Assembly: GCA_004431415.1 (NCBI GenBank)
Contig: QPMI01000183.1
Coordinates: 1-64,000 of the forward strand
Direction: 5' to 3'
Source of the DNA: Cyanophora paradoxa CCMP329
Lineage: Eukaryota; Plantae; Glaucophyta
Length of the DNA stretch: 64,000 nucleotides
Position numbers and translations under genes: made by a program
Part shown: positions 36,429 through 52,053 of the stretch, piece by piece
Layout: every line of letters begins with the position of its first letter
Position numbering within the stretch: position 1 is the stretch's first letter
The notes under the pieces: generated by a model
Databases searched by the model: none
Told to the model about the DNA's origin: nothing
Seen by the model: only the letters and a program-made list of their open reading frames with translations

Positions 36429-39400
36429 TCACGGCTGCGAGGGGCTCTCCCTGCCGTCCGCGGCGGTCGCCGGGGGCGAGTCGAGGATCGGGGCGGCGGG
36501 CTTGGGCCCGGGGCGGAAGGGGGCGGCGGCGGGGTTGAGGCGGCGGGCGCTGGAGGCGGGGGAGGGGGCGGGGGAGGGGTAGGGGGAGGCCCCCGGGGAG
36601 GGGTCGGCGGGGATTGGCGCAGAGAGGGCCTCGATGAGAGAGTCGCTCGAGATCGAGTGGGAGACCCCCGCGGGGCTCGCCCCCCCGCCCTGCCGCGCCA
36701 GCATCGCCTTTGCCGCCGAGAGCGGCTCTCCGGCCGCAGCCGCCGGGCCCGGGGCCGGCTCGGCGGGGCCGGCGGGGCGGCGGCGCGCAGGCGAGCGGCA
36801 GCCTCGGCGGCGGAGGAGCGGGCGGCGGCGGCGCGGGCGGCGGCGGCCTGGAGGGCGGCCTCGAGCTTGGCGGCGCGGGCGCGGCGGCCCTCGGCGTCGA
36901 CCTGCGCCATCGCCCGCTCCGCCGCCGCCGCGATCGCCCGCTCCTTCTCCTCGCGCGCCCGCCCCGCCTCCGCCTCGAGGGCCTCGCGCGCGGCGCCGGC
37001 CTTGGCGAGCGCCTCGCCCTCCGCCTTCTCGAGCTCGAGGGCGGAGCTCGAGGCCGAGCGCGCCGCGTTCTCCCGCACCCGCCGCTCCGCCTCCGCCGCC
37101 CGCCGCCGGTCGTCGCTCTCGGGGGCCTTCCCCCCCGCCCCCTCGCCCTCGCCCGGCTTGGCCTCCCACTGGCGCCGCATGGAGAGCTTGTGGGCGAGCT
37201 CCGCCTCGCCCCGCGCCTTCTTCGCCTCGAGGCTCGCCGAGCGCGCGAGGGCCTCAAGGCGCGCCACCTCCGAGGCCGCCCCCGCCCGCCCCTGCGCCGC
37301 CGCCGCCTCCCGCTCCTCCGCCGCCTTCACCGCCACTGCCTCGCGCGCCGCCCGCTCGGCCTCGGCGCGCTCGGCCTCGCGCGCGAGGGCCTCGCGCTCG
37401 GCGGAGAGGCGGGCGATCTCCTCGTCGGCGGCGCGGGCGGCGGCCTCGGCGTCGCGCAGGGCGGCCCCCGCGCGGGCGGCCTCGACGATGCGCTCGGCCT
37501 CCTCCTCGCTGACCTCCTCCAGGCGCGGGCCGGCGAGCTCGGGGTTCGGGTCCCGCCGCAGCATCGCCTGGAAGGTCGGCGTGCGGTGCGAGAGGATGCT
37601 GTACGTCGCCGCGTAGCAGAGCAGCATGATGCGCACGTTGGCCAGCAGCGCCCCCGCCAGGCTGCTCTCCCCGTAGCCCAGGCGCTCGAGCACCTCGTCG
37701 CCGTCGCACGTGTCGCCGGGGCGCCGGCAGTCGAACTCGAGGCCGCGCAGGTCGTTCACGCACATCGCCTCGAAGCCCCAGCGCATGAGGGAGACGTTGG
37801 GGACCCAGCGGAAGATCCAGGGGACGGTCTGGGAGGAGACGGTGTAGCCGCCGAAGAGGATGAAGATGAGGTAGACGGGGGGCCCCATGGCGAGGGCGGC
37901 GTCCTGGGACGGGGCGAGGGCGCCGATGGTCATGGAGACGGCGGAGGAGGTGAAGGACTCGAGGGCGTGGATGGCGAGGAACTTGAGGAAGCGCGCGGGG
38001 GACGCGTGCAGGCCCGCCATCGGGTACAGCAGCGACGCGAACGTCAGCGGCGCCACCGCCGCCGTCGGGAGCTCCGCGACGAGCTTCGAGAAGAAGTAGG
38101 CGGCGACGCCGTAGGCGCCCTTGGCGCGGTCCGCCTGCACGATGCCGCGCTCGCGCACGAAGAGGTTGAGGGTCTTGGAGAGGGCCGACATGGCCGTCGA
38201 GACGGCCGCCATCTGGAAGAGGCCGAGGCGCGACTGGATCGAGGCCTGCGAGACCCCCAGCTGGAAGTAGATCGACCCAAAGATCCCCGCCGACACCACG
38301 CTGATCACCGTCCTGCGCGAGCATGTCAGGCCCGCGGCGCGGGGGCGTGGGCGGGGCCGGCGGGGCGGACCGGACGATGGTGGCGGCCTTGTCGCGGGTG
38401 GCCTGCCTCCAGGAGCGCGTGAGGAGCAGCTGGAACTGCTCCCACCAGTCCGGCCGGCTCCCCTCCTCCTTGGCGGCGCGCGCCGCGAGGGCCCAGCCGA
38501 GGCCGCCCGCGTCGTCGTCCGTCCCGTCGCTCTCCGCCGCCGCCTCCTTCTCGTCTCGCGCGTGCGCCTGCGCCCTGCCGTCGGCGCGGGCGGGGCGGGG
38601 CCGGCGGGGCGGGGCGGGGGACGGACGGCGGCGGTGCGGCGGGCCCAGGCGTCGGTGAGGCGGCGGACGCGGGCGCGGGACTCGTGGAGGGACTCGTCGG
38701 AGCTGTAGTCGATGGAGATGAGGTCGGCGAAGAACTCGGCGGGGTTCGTCTGCTCGGGGCACGCGTGCCCCGCCCCCTCGAAGTAGGCGACGGCCTCCTT
38801 GGCGGGCCCGTGGTAGACCACCTCGCCCTCGCTCAGCAGCAGCAGGTCGTCGATCATGCGGAAGATCGAGCTGCTCGGCTGGTGCACCTGCTCGCCCCCG
38901 CCCTCACGCCCCGCCCCGCGCGCCGCGGCGTGGGCGGGGGCGGGGGCGGGGCCGGGCGGACGGTGCAGATGACGGTGTGGCCGTCGTGGGCGAGGCGGCG
39001 CATGGTCGCCATCACGCGCTCCGCCTGGAACGAGTCCAGCCCCGTCGTCGGCTGCCCGCCCCCGCCCTCAGCCTCGCCCCGGGAGGGGACGGCGTGCGGG
39101 GCGGCGCGCCTCGTCGGCGAGGACGAGGGAGGGCCCCGAGACGAGCTCGCAGCCGATGTTGAGTCGCTTCCGCTCCCCGCCGCTGATCCCCCGCACCTTC
39201 TCGTCCCCCACGATCTGCACCGCGAGCGCCGTCACCGCCCGCCCTCGCGACCCGCGCCGCAGGTCACGTGTCTACCGTGTCCGCCGACTTGGTGAGGCCG
39301 AGCTTGTTGAGGAGCTGCCGGCGGCGGCGTCAGGCCCCTGGGGCGGGCGGGGCCGGCGGGGCGCGGCGAGGGCGCGCCTCCTCGACGTAGGCCTCCTTCT

Positions 39401-40182
39401 TCTTGCGGGAGATGGTCTTGGGGAGGCGGAGGGCGGCGGCCAGGCGCAGCGTCTCCCGCACGGTCAGCTGGCTGTAGAACATGTCCTCCTGCCGCACGTA
39501 CGAGAGCTGCGGGCCCCCCGCGTCGGCTCCCGCGACCTCGGCGCGCGCGAGGGCGCGGCGAGCGGGCGCACGAGGTGGCGGCTCATGCCCGCGGGGCGCC
39601 CGTTGATGTTCACCCGCCCGATGAGCTGCATGTTGTCGCAGCGGGGCACCTGCTGCGCCAGCGTGTTCAAGAGCGTCGTCTTTCCACTCCTGCAACCATC
39701 CTCGTGAGTCGAAGCGCCTTAGCTAACGCGCCCGGCGGCCCCTCCCGCGGTGCGCACCCCGACGGCCCGAGAATGCAGGTGAGTCGGCCCGGCTCTGCCT
39801 TGCCGCGCATCTCTGCCGATCGCGCGTGTCATAAAGCCGAGAATGGCACGTATCGCGCAGCTTAGGAGCGCGCGCACTCGTCAGGATCTTGCGGATGCGC
39901 TTTTCCTTCGACGTCTTGTCCGTGGTCGCTAGGCGGCACTGCGAAAAGCGTTACGCAGTATCGCCCAGCACGAGAGATTCGCACCTCAACCCCTTTCCAC
40001 TCGAGCAGCACCCGAACGAAGCGGTGCTTGTGGTCATCCCCGACAACAGCCTGAGGCGGAGCCGCCGTCCAAGTGCCCTGGCGCCTTCGGCGCGCCAGCT
40101 CCTCCGAAAGCCGGCGCTCGGCATTGTGCTCGCGAATCCAGAAGACCGCCCCCACCAGCACGGTCTCGACCAGCAGCGACAT
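36429..40182 (-). CDS. ABCG (White-family) half-transporter with a long C-terminal coiled-coil extension
   Basis: [12 protein letters not shown] Walker [19 protein letters not shown] signature, ADE/PTTGLDS, IHQP H-loop, ABC2 membrane domain ([14 protein letters not shown]). The final exon junction near 36720-36800 is uncertain. Confidence 0.92.
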
Positions 40183-40363
40183 CGCGGCGCGGGTCGAGCC
40201 GACACGGGACGCTGCGGGACGCTACACTGCGCTCGCACGCTACTCTCGTGCGGGACGCTCCACGATGCGCTCGCACGCCACTGTCGCACGCGATGAGATT
40301 TTCTACTCCTGTACCCCAAAGCCGGCACCGAGGCGCCGTACCCGCCTGGCGCGGTTCGTCTCG

Positions 40364-43300
40364 ATGTTCGCGCCCGCCTGCCTGGTTCCGTCGCCGGGGA
40401 GGAGTGCGGATGCACCGGCGCGACCAGCCGTCGCACTGTGCGCCTCGATGGCGGCACGCGGCGCGGTTCGTCGATCGGCAGCCGCGGGCCCGTCGATCGC
40501 AGCGCGTTTCGACGGGCATCTGCTGCATCGCTGCCGCTGGATCAATGTGGCCCTGCGGCCGAACCCAGCGCACACCGCCGTCGAAACCCGGACGCCGCCG
40601 CTCCAGCAGCCCGTAGCTTCCGCTGAGGAGGGTAGGAATCGCCTTGGAGACAGCAAATCACCGTACCTGCAACAGCACGGTGCGCTTGGATCGCCCGACT
40701 ATTCGATACGCGCCTCTTTGAAGGCCCGCGTGAGCTGCGCCCGTCCTCGAACGCTGACGGCGGATCGCCGTAGCTTCGAATCCGGTTTGGTGGTACGAAT
40801 GGGGAGACGAGGCGTTCGAGGCGGCGAAGCGCGAGAACAAGCCCATCTTCCTCTCGATCGGCTACGCGTACGCCGCCCCCGCGCCGGCCCCGCGCGCTCC
40901 TCCTCACGGGGACGCCGGCCGCAGGACCTGCCATTGGTGCCACGTGTGAGTGACCGCGCCGACGGCGCCGCGCCGCCGCCGCGCGCGGGCGGACGGGCCG
41001 GTGACCGGCGGGCGGGGGGGGCGGGGCGGGCAGGATGGAGCGGGAGTGCTTCGAGAACGAGGGGATCGCGGAGATCATGAACGAGAAGTACATCAACGTG
41101 AAGGTGGACTGCGAGGAGCGGCCCGACGTCAACTCGATCTACATGAACTTCGTCGTCTCGACGCTCGGCTCGGGCGGGCACCCGCTCTCCGTCTTCTGCA
41201 CCCCCGAGGGCCTCCCCTTCGTGGGCGCCACGTACATCCCCCCGCGGGCGATCGGCAGCCGCCCGGGCTTCCCCACCCTCCTCCAGAACATCGCCGACTT
41301 CTGGGCCCGCGAGCCCGAGAAGGCCCGCCCCGCCCCGCCCCGCCCCGCCCCGCCCCGCCCCGCCCCGCCGGCGCCGCCGGCTGAGGGGCGGGGCAGTTGC
41401 GGGGCCAGGGCCAGTACGTGATCCAGGAGCTGGCGACGTACAACGCGGGGATGGCGACGGAGGAGGACGTGGCGGAGGGCTGGCGCGCCGTCCTCGCCAC
41501 CGGCTTCGAGCAGCTCAAGGGCATGTTCGACCCCGCCGAGGGCGGCTTCAGCAAGCCCCCCAAGTTCCCCCGCCCCCACATCCTCTCCTTCCTCCTCCGC
41601 GTCGGCGACGGTCTCGCCAAGGGCGCGCGCGCCGAGGCGCGGGCGATGGTGGCGCAGACGCTGCGGGCGATGTGCCGCGGCGGCATGTACGACCTGCTCG
41701 GCGGCGGCTTCCACCGCTACAGCGTCGACCCTTGGTGGCACGTGCCCCACTTCGAGAAGGTCCCCCCCGCGCCCCGCGCCCCGCGCGCCGGACGCCAAGG
41801 GGCCGGGGGCAGATGCTGTACGACAACGCGCTGCTGGCGGTGGCCTACACCGAGGGCTTCCTCGCCCTCCGCGACCCCCTCTACGAGCGCAGTGCGCCCC
41901 GGCCCCGCCCCGCCCCGCCCCGCCCGGCCCCGCCCGGCCCCGCCCCCGCGCCGGGGGCGACCTGGCGGGCGGCAGTCGTGCGGGAGACGCTGGCGTACGT
42001 GGAGCGGGAGATGACGGACGGGGCGACGGGGGCCTTCTACTCGGCGGAGGACGCGGACAGCGCGCTCAAGGAGGGGGCCCCCGAGATGCGCGAGGGGGCC
42101 TTCTACGTGTGGAAGATGACCGAGATCGACCGCATCCTCTCGAGCGCGGAGATCTTCGCCAAGCGCTACGGCCTCGAGGAGGCCGGCAACGTCCGCAACG
42201 AGTCGGACCGTGCGCCCCGCCGGCCCCGCGCGGCGAGCCCCGCGCGGCGGGGGGTGACGGGGGGCGGGGGCAGCGCACGGGGAGTTCGTGGGGGTGAACG
42301 TGCTGCAGGAGCGGGCGAGCGTGAAGGAGGTGGCGGATGCGTTCGGGCTGAGCGAGGAGGACTGCGAGGTCGTCCTCGCCGAGTGCTGCTCCGACCTCCT
42401 CGCCCGCCGCAAGCGCCGGCCCCGGCCCCGCCGCGACGACAAGGCCCGCCCCGCCCTCGCGCCCGATCCCTCGTCGCCGGCTGACGCGCGGGGGGCCCCG
42501 GCAGATCCTGGTCGCGTGGAACGGGCTCATGATCTCGGCCTTCGCGCAGGCGGCGCAGGCGTTCGGCGTGGAGGCGTACGCACAGTCGGCGCACGCGGCG
42601 GCTAAGTTCATCCTCGAGAACATGGTCTACCGCGTCCCGGGGCCCGACGGCGAGGCGGCGCAGACCGACGAGGAGTGGCCCGAGCCCGGGCCCAACCGCT
42701 GGCCCCACCTCCGCCTCCGCCGCATGTGGCGCGGGGGCGCCTCGAGCGTGCCGGCCTTCGCGGACGACTACGCGTACCTCATCGCCGGCCTCCTCGACCT
42801 CTACGAGTGCGAGCTCGACGCCCGCTGGCTCTACTACGCGCTGCAGCTGCAGGCGGCGATGGACGAGACGCTGTGGGACGACAAGGCGGGGGGCTACTTG
42901 CAGCACGCCGGGGAGGAGGCGAGCCTGCTGCTGAATTTGAAGGAGGACTACGACGGGGCAGAGCCGGCGCCCAACTCGGTGGCGGCGCGCAACCTGCTGC
43001 GCCTCGCCGAGATCACCGCCGACCAGCGCTACCGCGAGCGCGCCGAGGCCACCGTCCGCCCCGCCCCCCCGCGCCCCGCCCCCGCTCCTCGCCGACCCCG
43101 CCCCGTGCAGTTCAAGGCGTTCGGGCAGCGGCTGCGGAACCTCCCGGGGGCCGCCCTCCCCGCCATGCTGGCCCGCCCCACCCGCCTCGGCCCCCTGCGC
43201 TCTCTCACGGGGCAGGGCGGGGCGGGGCGGCAGGTGGCGCTCGACTTCTGCGAGGAGCCGGTGCAGCAGGTGATCGTCGCCGGCGAGCGCGGCACGCCCG

Positions 43301-43644
43301 AGTTCCGCGCCGCGCTGCGGGCCGTCCAGTCGACCTTCGGCCCGCGCCGCGTCGTCCTCCAGTACGACCCCGACGCCCGCAGCGAGGAGTGTGAGCGCCG
43401 CCCGCCCCGGGGGCCCGGCCCGGCGCGGGGCCTCACGCGGGGTGCACGCGCAGCAGCGGCGAACAACGCGATCGTGGAGAAGTGCCTGCCGCTGCGGGCC
43501 GAGTTCCTGCGCGAGAGCCTCGCCACCAAGGACGGGAAGCCGACGGTGTACCTCTGTGAGAACAGCGCCTGCCAGGCGCCCATGACGGAGCCCGAGGAGA
43601 TCGCCCGCGCCCTCGCCGAGCCGGCCGACCCCTCGAGCTCCTAG
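40364..43644 (+). CDS. SPATA20: SPATA20/YyaL thioredoxin-domain plus six-hairpin glycosidase-like protein
   Basis: [26 protein letters not shown]...[22 protein letters not shown]; [24 protein letters not shown]; [10 protein letters not shown]; [13 protein letters not shown]; DGAEPAPNS. The start may instead be 40448. Confidence 0.95.
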
Positions 43645-43749
43645 GCCCCCGGCCCGCGGGGCGCCCCGCCCCGCCCGTGCGCGTGCCACTTTGTTTGTGG
43701 TATGCCATAGCTAGTGACCTGATGGCCTAGGGGCGCTGGTCGAGTTCGA

Positions 43750-43788
<39 letters not shown>

Positions 43789-44448
43789 GCCTTTTGAAGG
43801 CTTGATGCCCCGGGCCCTCCCGAAGCTCAAGGCTTCTCTGTTGAAGCGACGCACTCCAGGTCCGACGGTCCCGAGTCCACTCAGCTCATTGAAGCTTCAT
43901 GATCAGGTCCTGAAGTCCGGGCCCCTAGTCTGACTCAATTGCAACGAACGCCTGGATGGCGAGTTGCCAAAGTTGCGCAAGTTGCCAGTTGAGCTTCGGA
44001 ACACTTTGTGGCCGGGCAGCACTTAAAGAGGAGACCGTCGGACGCTTGCACTTTCAAGTTTGTCACACTTTGTCAGAGATCAGCTCGTGCCAACGGTGTT
44101 GGGGAAGGGAAGAACACTTCCCCTGTCCCTGTCCCTAGGGCCCAACCCTACCCCAAATCCCATTTCCCCGACCTCCTCAAAACCCGGGCCGCGCGGTATA
44201 TCCTAAAAGCCCATCACAAGGGGATCCCGAAACCATGTCTCCCACTCCCGACGGACCAAAGGGTGATCCAGGAACAGGCACCAACACCCGGGACAAAAAC
44301 GAGTCCAGCGACGCACAGGGAGCAGATATACGGGCCAGACCAGTTCGAGGTCGTTGCACGCATCATGCTTGACATTCCGTACTCTGGGAGCAAGGCCGGG
44401 CGAGAGCGCGGTAGCACAGGAGGACGCCGCGCGCGCTAGCCAATCACG

Positions 44449-46296
44449 TTGCAGAGTCAGAAACGCTCTGCAGAAACCTCTTCGAGTACCCCAGCAAGTC
44501 GCGCGGGAAATGCTGTCGAGCAGCGCGCTGGGAGGACGCCCGCGGGGCAGCGGTGGCGCGAAGCCACCGGCCCACCGCCCGGCATCGCCATCGGAGTCGA
44601 CATCGAGCCTGCCAGCCAGACTTGCGGCAAGCCTGGGTGCGGCGGCTCCAGGCGCCAGTACGGCGGCAAGTGTCTGCATTGCGGGCGCCACTTGTGCACG
44701 CGGGAGGCACTGTGCGAGCACGTGCCTCCATGTATAGCCGCCCGAGCTGCCGGCGCAGGGCTAGCAGGCGCACACACGTTCGGGGAGCGACCGGACTGCG
44801 GCGCGTGCACGTGCACGTGCCAGCAGAAGAGCAAGGCAGCTCGCAGCACGGACGTCTGGGGTTGCGATCTCTGTGCGGCGCACTACGTCAGCTTTGCTCC
44901 TTCGAAGGTGCGAAGGCACCAAGGAGGCGCATCGTGCAAGCAGAATCGCGTTCTCGAGCTCGGTGCGCGTCACTCAGCGTTCTAAGTTTGCGCCCAGCCT
45001 TAAGCACCGGCCTCGCGATCCGTGACAGATGTACGGGATCAGGAGAACAGCGCCGCGCGCAGCGAAGCCGCGCCTCAGGCTACCCGTACGCGTGGGACCG
45101 GTGCGCATATGCATGCGCCAGGCGTACGTGCCCATGCGACGCAAGCTCAGAACGCTGGATCGCAGAGCACGCGCAGCCGGCTATTGCTGGGCCGCCTCCG
45201 CCTGCTGGCAGTCACAACCTCGCCTCGCGGCGCGGCTGCAATCGCTGCACGGACAAGCAGCTGCAAGCGGCGGTCGGTGCGAACGTCTGGGGCTGCGACT
45301 TCTGCGGCGAGCACTACGTCGGCTACAAACCATCGCGCGTGCACGCGCATTTCAAGACTTGCAAGAAGCGATGCACAACTCGACTACAACGCCGGCGAAA
45401 AGCTTCAGCTGGTCTACACTACCTTCGAGGCGGACCTTGCGGGTTCGTGGCTGTCTCCGTGCTCGGCCTCATCCTGCCCATCCTGCCCCCCTCATCCTGC
45501 CCATCCCCCCACGTCCACTTCATCCCCCAGCAGTACACTCGGACGTACGTGATCACTGACGTGGACATGAAGACCCAGGCGCTTGACGCCCTCTACGCCG
45601 CATTCCGGTGGGCACTTTCCACCCCTCTCCCGCTTCTGTTTGCTTTCGTTTGCCCACCGCCGTCCCTGCAGGAACGGCACGGCCACTCTGCAGTCCGGCC
45701 CCAAGTCCTGCCTGGTGATGCCGGCCCCGCCTGCCCCGGTTGCGGCCCCGCCTGCGCCGCAGCTGCCCGAGGACGATGACGAGTGCGTATCTCCTTCTTG
45801 CTCCCGGATGCTCCATCGCTCCTCAATCCCAGCCCGCAGGGAGACGCCGAAACGCCGCTCGGGTGGCCGCCAGGCCGTCGTGGTCTCCTCGGACGAGTCC
45901 GACAACGCCTCCGCCGCCGAGTCTGCCCCCCCCCATCCCCCCCCCTCCCCCCTCCCCCCCTTCCCCCCCCCCCCCCCCCCCCCCATCCCCTCTCCTCACC
46001 CGCTCTGCCCTCAGGGACGACCCCATCGAGGTCTCCTCGGACGAGCCTCGGAGGAGGGGGCAGCGCCCGAGCTCGACGCCGCCGAGGCGCCCGTCGTGAA
46101 GAAGGCCGCCGCCCCCAAGAAGGCCACGGGCATGAAGGGCCTCATGGCCCTCGCCAGGGCCCGCCTCCCAGGCACCAAGGCCATGCGCCTGCTGGGCGCC
46201 GGCGTCTCCAAGGGCAAGAAGATCAAGAAGCCGGCGGCCCCCAAGGGCGCCAAGTCCAAGGCCATCAAGGGCGGGAAGAAGAACAAGGCTGTGTAG
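44449..46296 (+). other. Cys/His-rich duplicated Zn-finger-like coding region with Lys-rich tail; gene, pseudogene or TE-derived
   Basis: Two homologous modules, DVWGCDLCAAHYVSFAPSKVRRHQGGASC and NVWGCDFCGEHYVGYKPSRVHAHFKTC; ends KKIKKPAAPKGAKSKAIKGGKKNKAV*. Structure unresolved. Confidence 0.45.
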
Positions 46297-46459
46297 TGAC
46301 AGTGCAGTCCCGCCCGGGGCTGCAGCCCCCCCGCCCATTTCGTGCGAGTCTTGTGCGCGCTGTGAATGCCAAGCCACTGTAGTGCAACAGTCCCGTTCAC
46401 ATGATCAATTTCCCTTCCCCGGACCCAACTGACGCGCGCGGCAAGTCAGTGGCTCTTTT

Positions 46460-46745
46460 ATACATCATGGCATCATGGCATGTTCAACGGTTCTGGCCTC
46501 AGAAATCTGGCATCATGGCATCTTGGTGTCTCAGAGCCCCTGAGTCTGGTTCATGATCAGCAGTTTCTGACAACGTAAATCTGGATTCGTCAAGTCTAGT
46601 CTGATCTGCCTATCTGGATTCGTCAATTCTAGTCTGATCTGCCTTATCAGGTTTGGTCTGTGTAGGTCTGGTATCCGGCCTGGTTTCGTGCCATCTATTC
46701 TGATCTGTCTAGTCTGGTTTTGTCTGCCTAGGCCTGGTTTCATCT
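46460..46745. repeat. Low-complexity TCTG(G/A)-rich tract with a 33-bp tandem duplication and CATCATGG repeats
   Basis: ATCTGGATTCGTCAA(G/T)TCTAGTCTGATCTGCCT x2 at about 46579-46644. Confidence 0.7.
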
Positions 46746-46807
46746 CCTCGCAACTTGTTCGTGATGCCGGACTGGATGGGCCGCGTGCCGCGGTGGGCGG
46801 GGGCCCC

Positions 46808-51513
<4,706 letters not shown>

Positions 51514-52053
51514 CCTCCAGCTCGTCCGCGCATCGCCGGCCGCGTCGCGCTGCTGGAAGTTCAAACTAGTCGTTACCCTGCAGGCGGTGGACGAGCTTTT
51601 CCAGGCACCAGGACGGTGCGGCCGCGCTGCAGATTCCGCAGATGCGCTCGCGTAGACCGCCGCTGCGTCGTTGTCTCCGAGGTGAGCGCTAGCGCCTCGG
51701 CTTGAAAGCACATGTACCCTCCCCCGGCTCCAAGCCACGGCGGCCGGCGGTCAAGCCGATCGAATCCTCCCGCCGGCGCCGCGGCTAGCGATGCAGCTGC
51801 TGGCCTTGCCAGTTGCAATGGATCGAGGCCAGCAATATCTAGAGCTCATGATCAGAGCAAGCAGCTTCGAGGGCTTCCCATCGGCCCGAATATCCTCTGC
51901 GTGTCTTCCACCTCGGAATTCAAAAAGCAGGGCCCGCTCCGGCCCTTTTAATCCCTGGCAAAAAGGGGTCTGGGAGGGGGAAGTGGACACGGAGGAAGGG
52001 GATATCGGCGGGAAGGGGGCGGAACGGCAGTTCGGGCGCGCGGCCGGCGCCAG

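Noticed and set aside
43752-43786. Poly-C/poly-G homopolymers (also ~4674-4700, 15465-15488) as functional elements
   Set aside because: Lengths are unreliable in assemblies and nothing in the sequence indicates a function.
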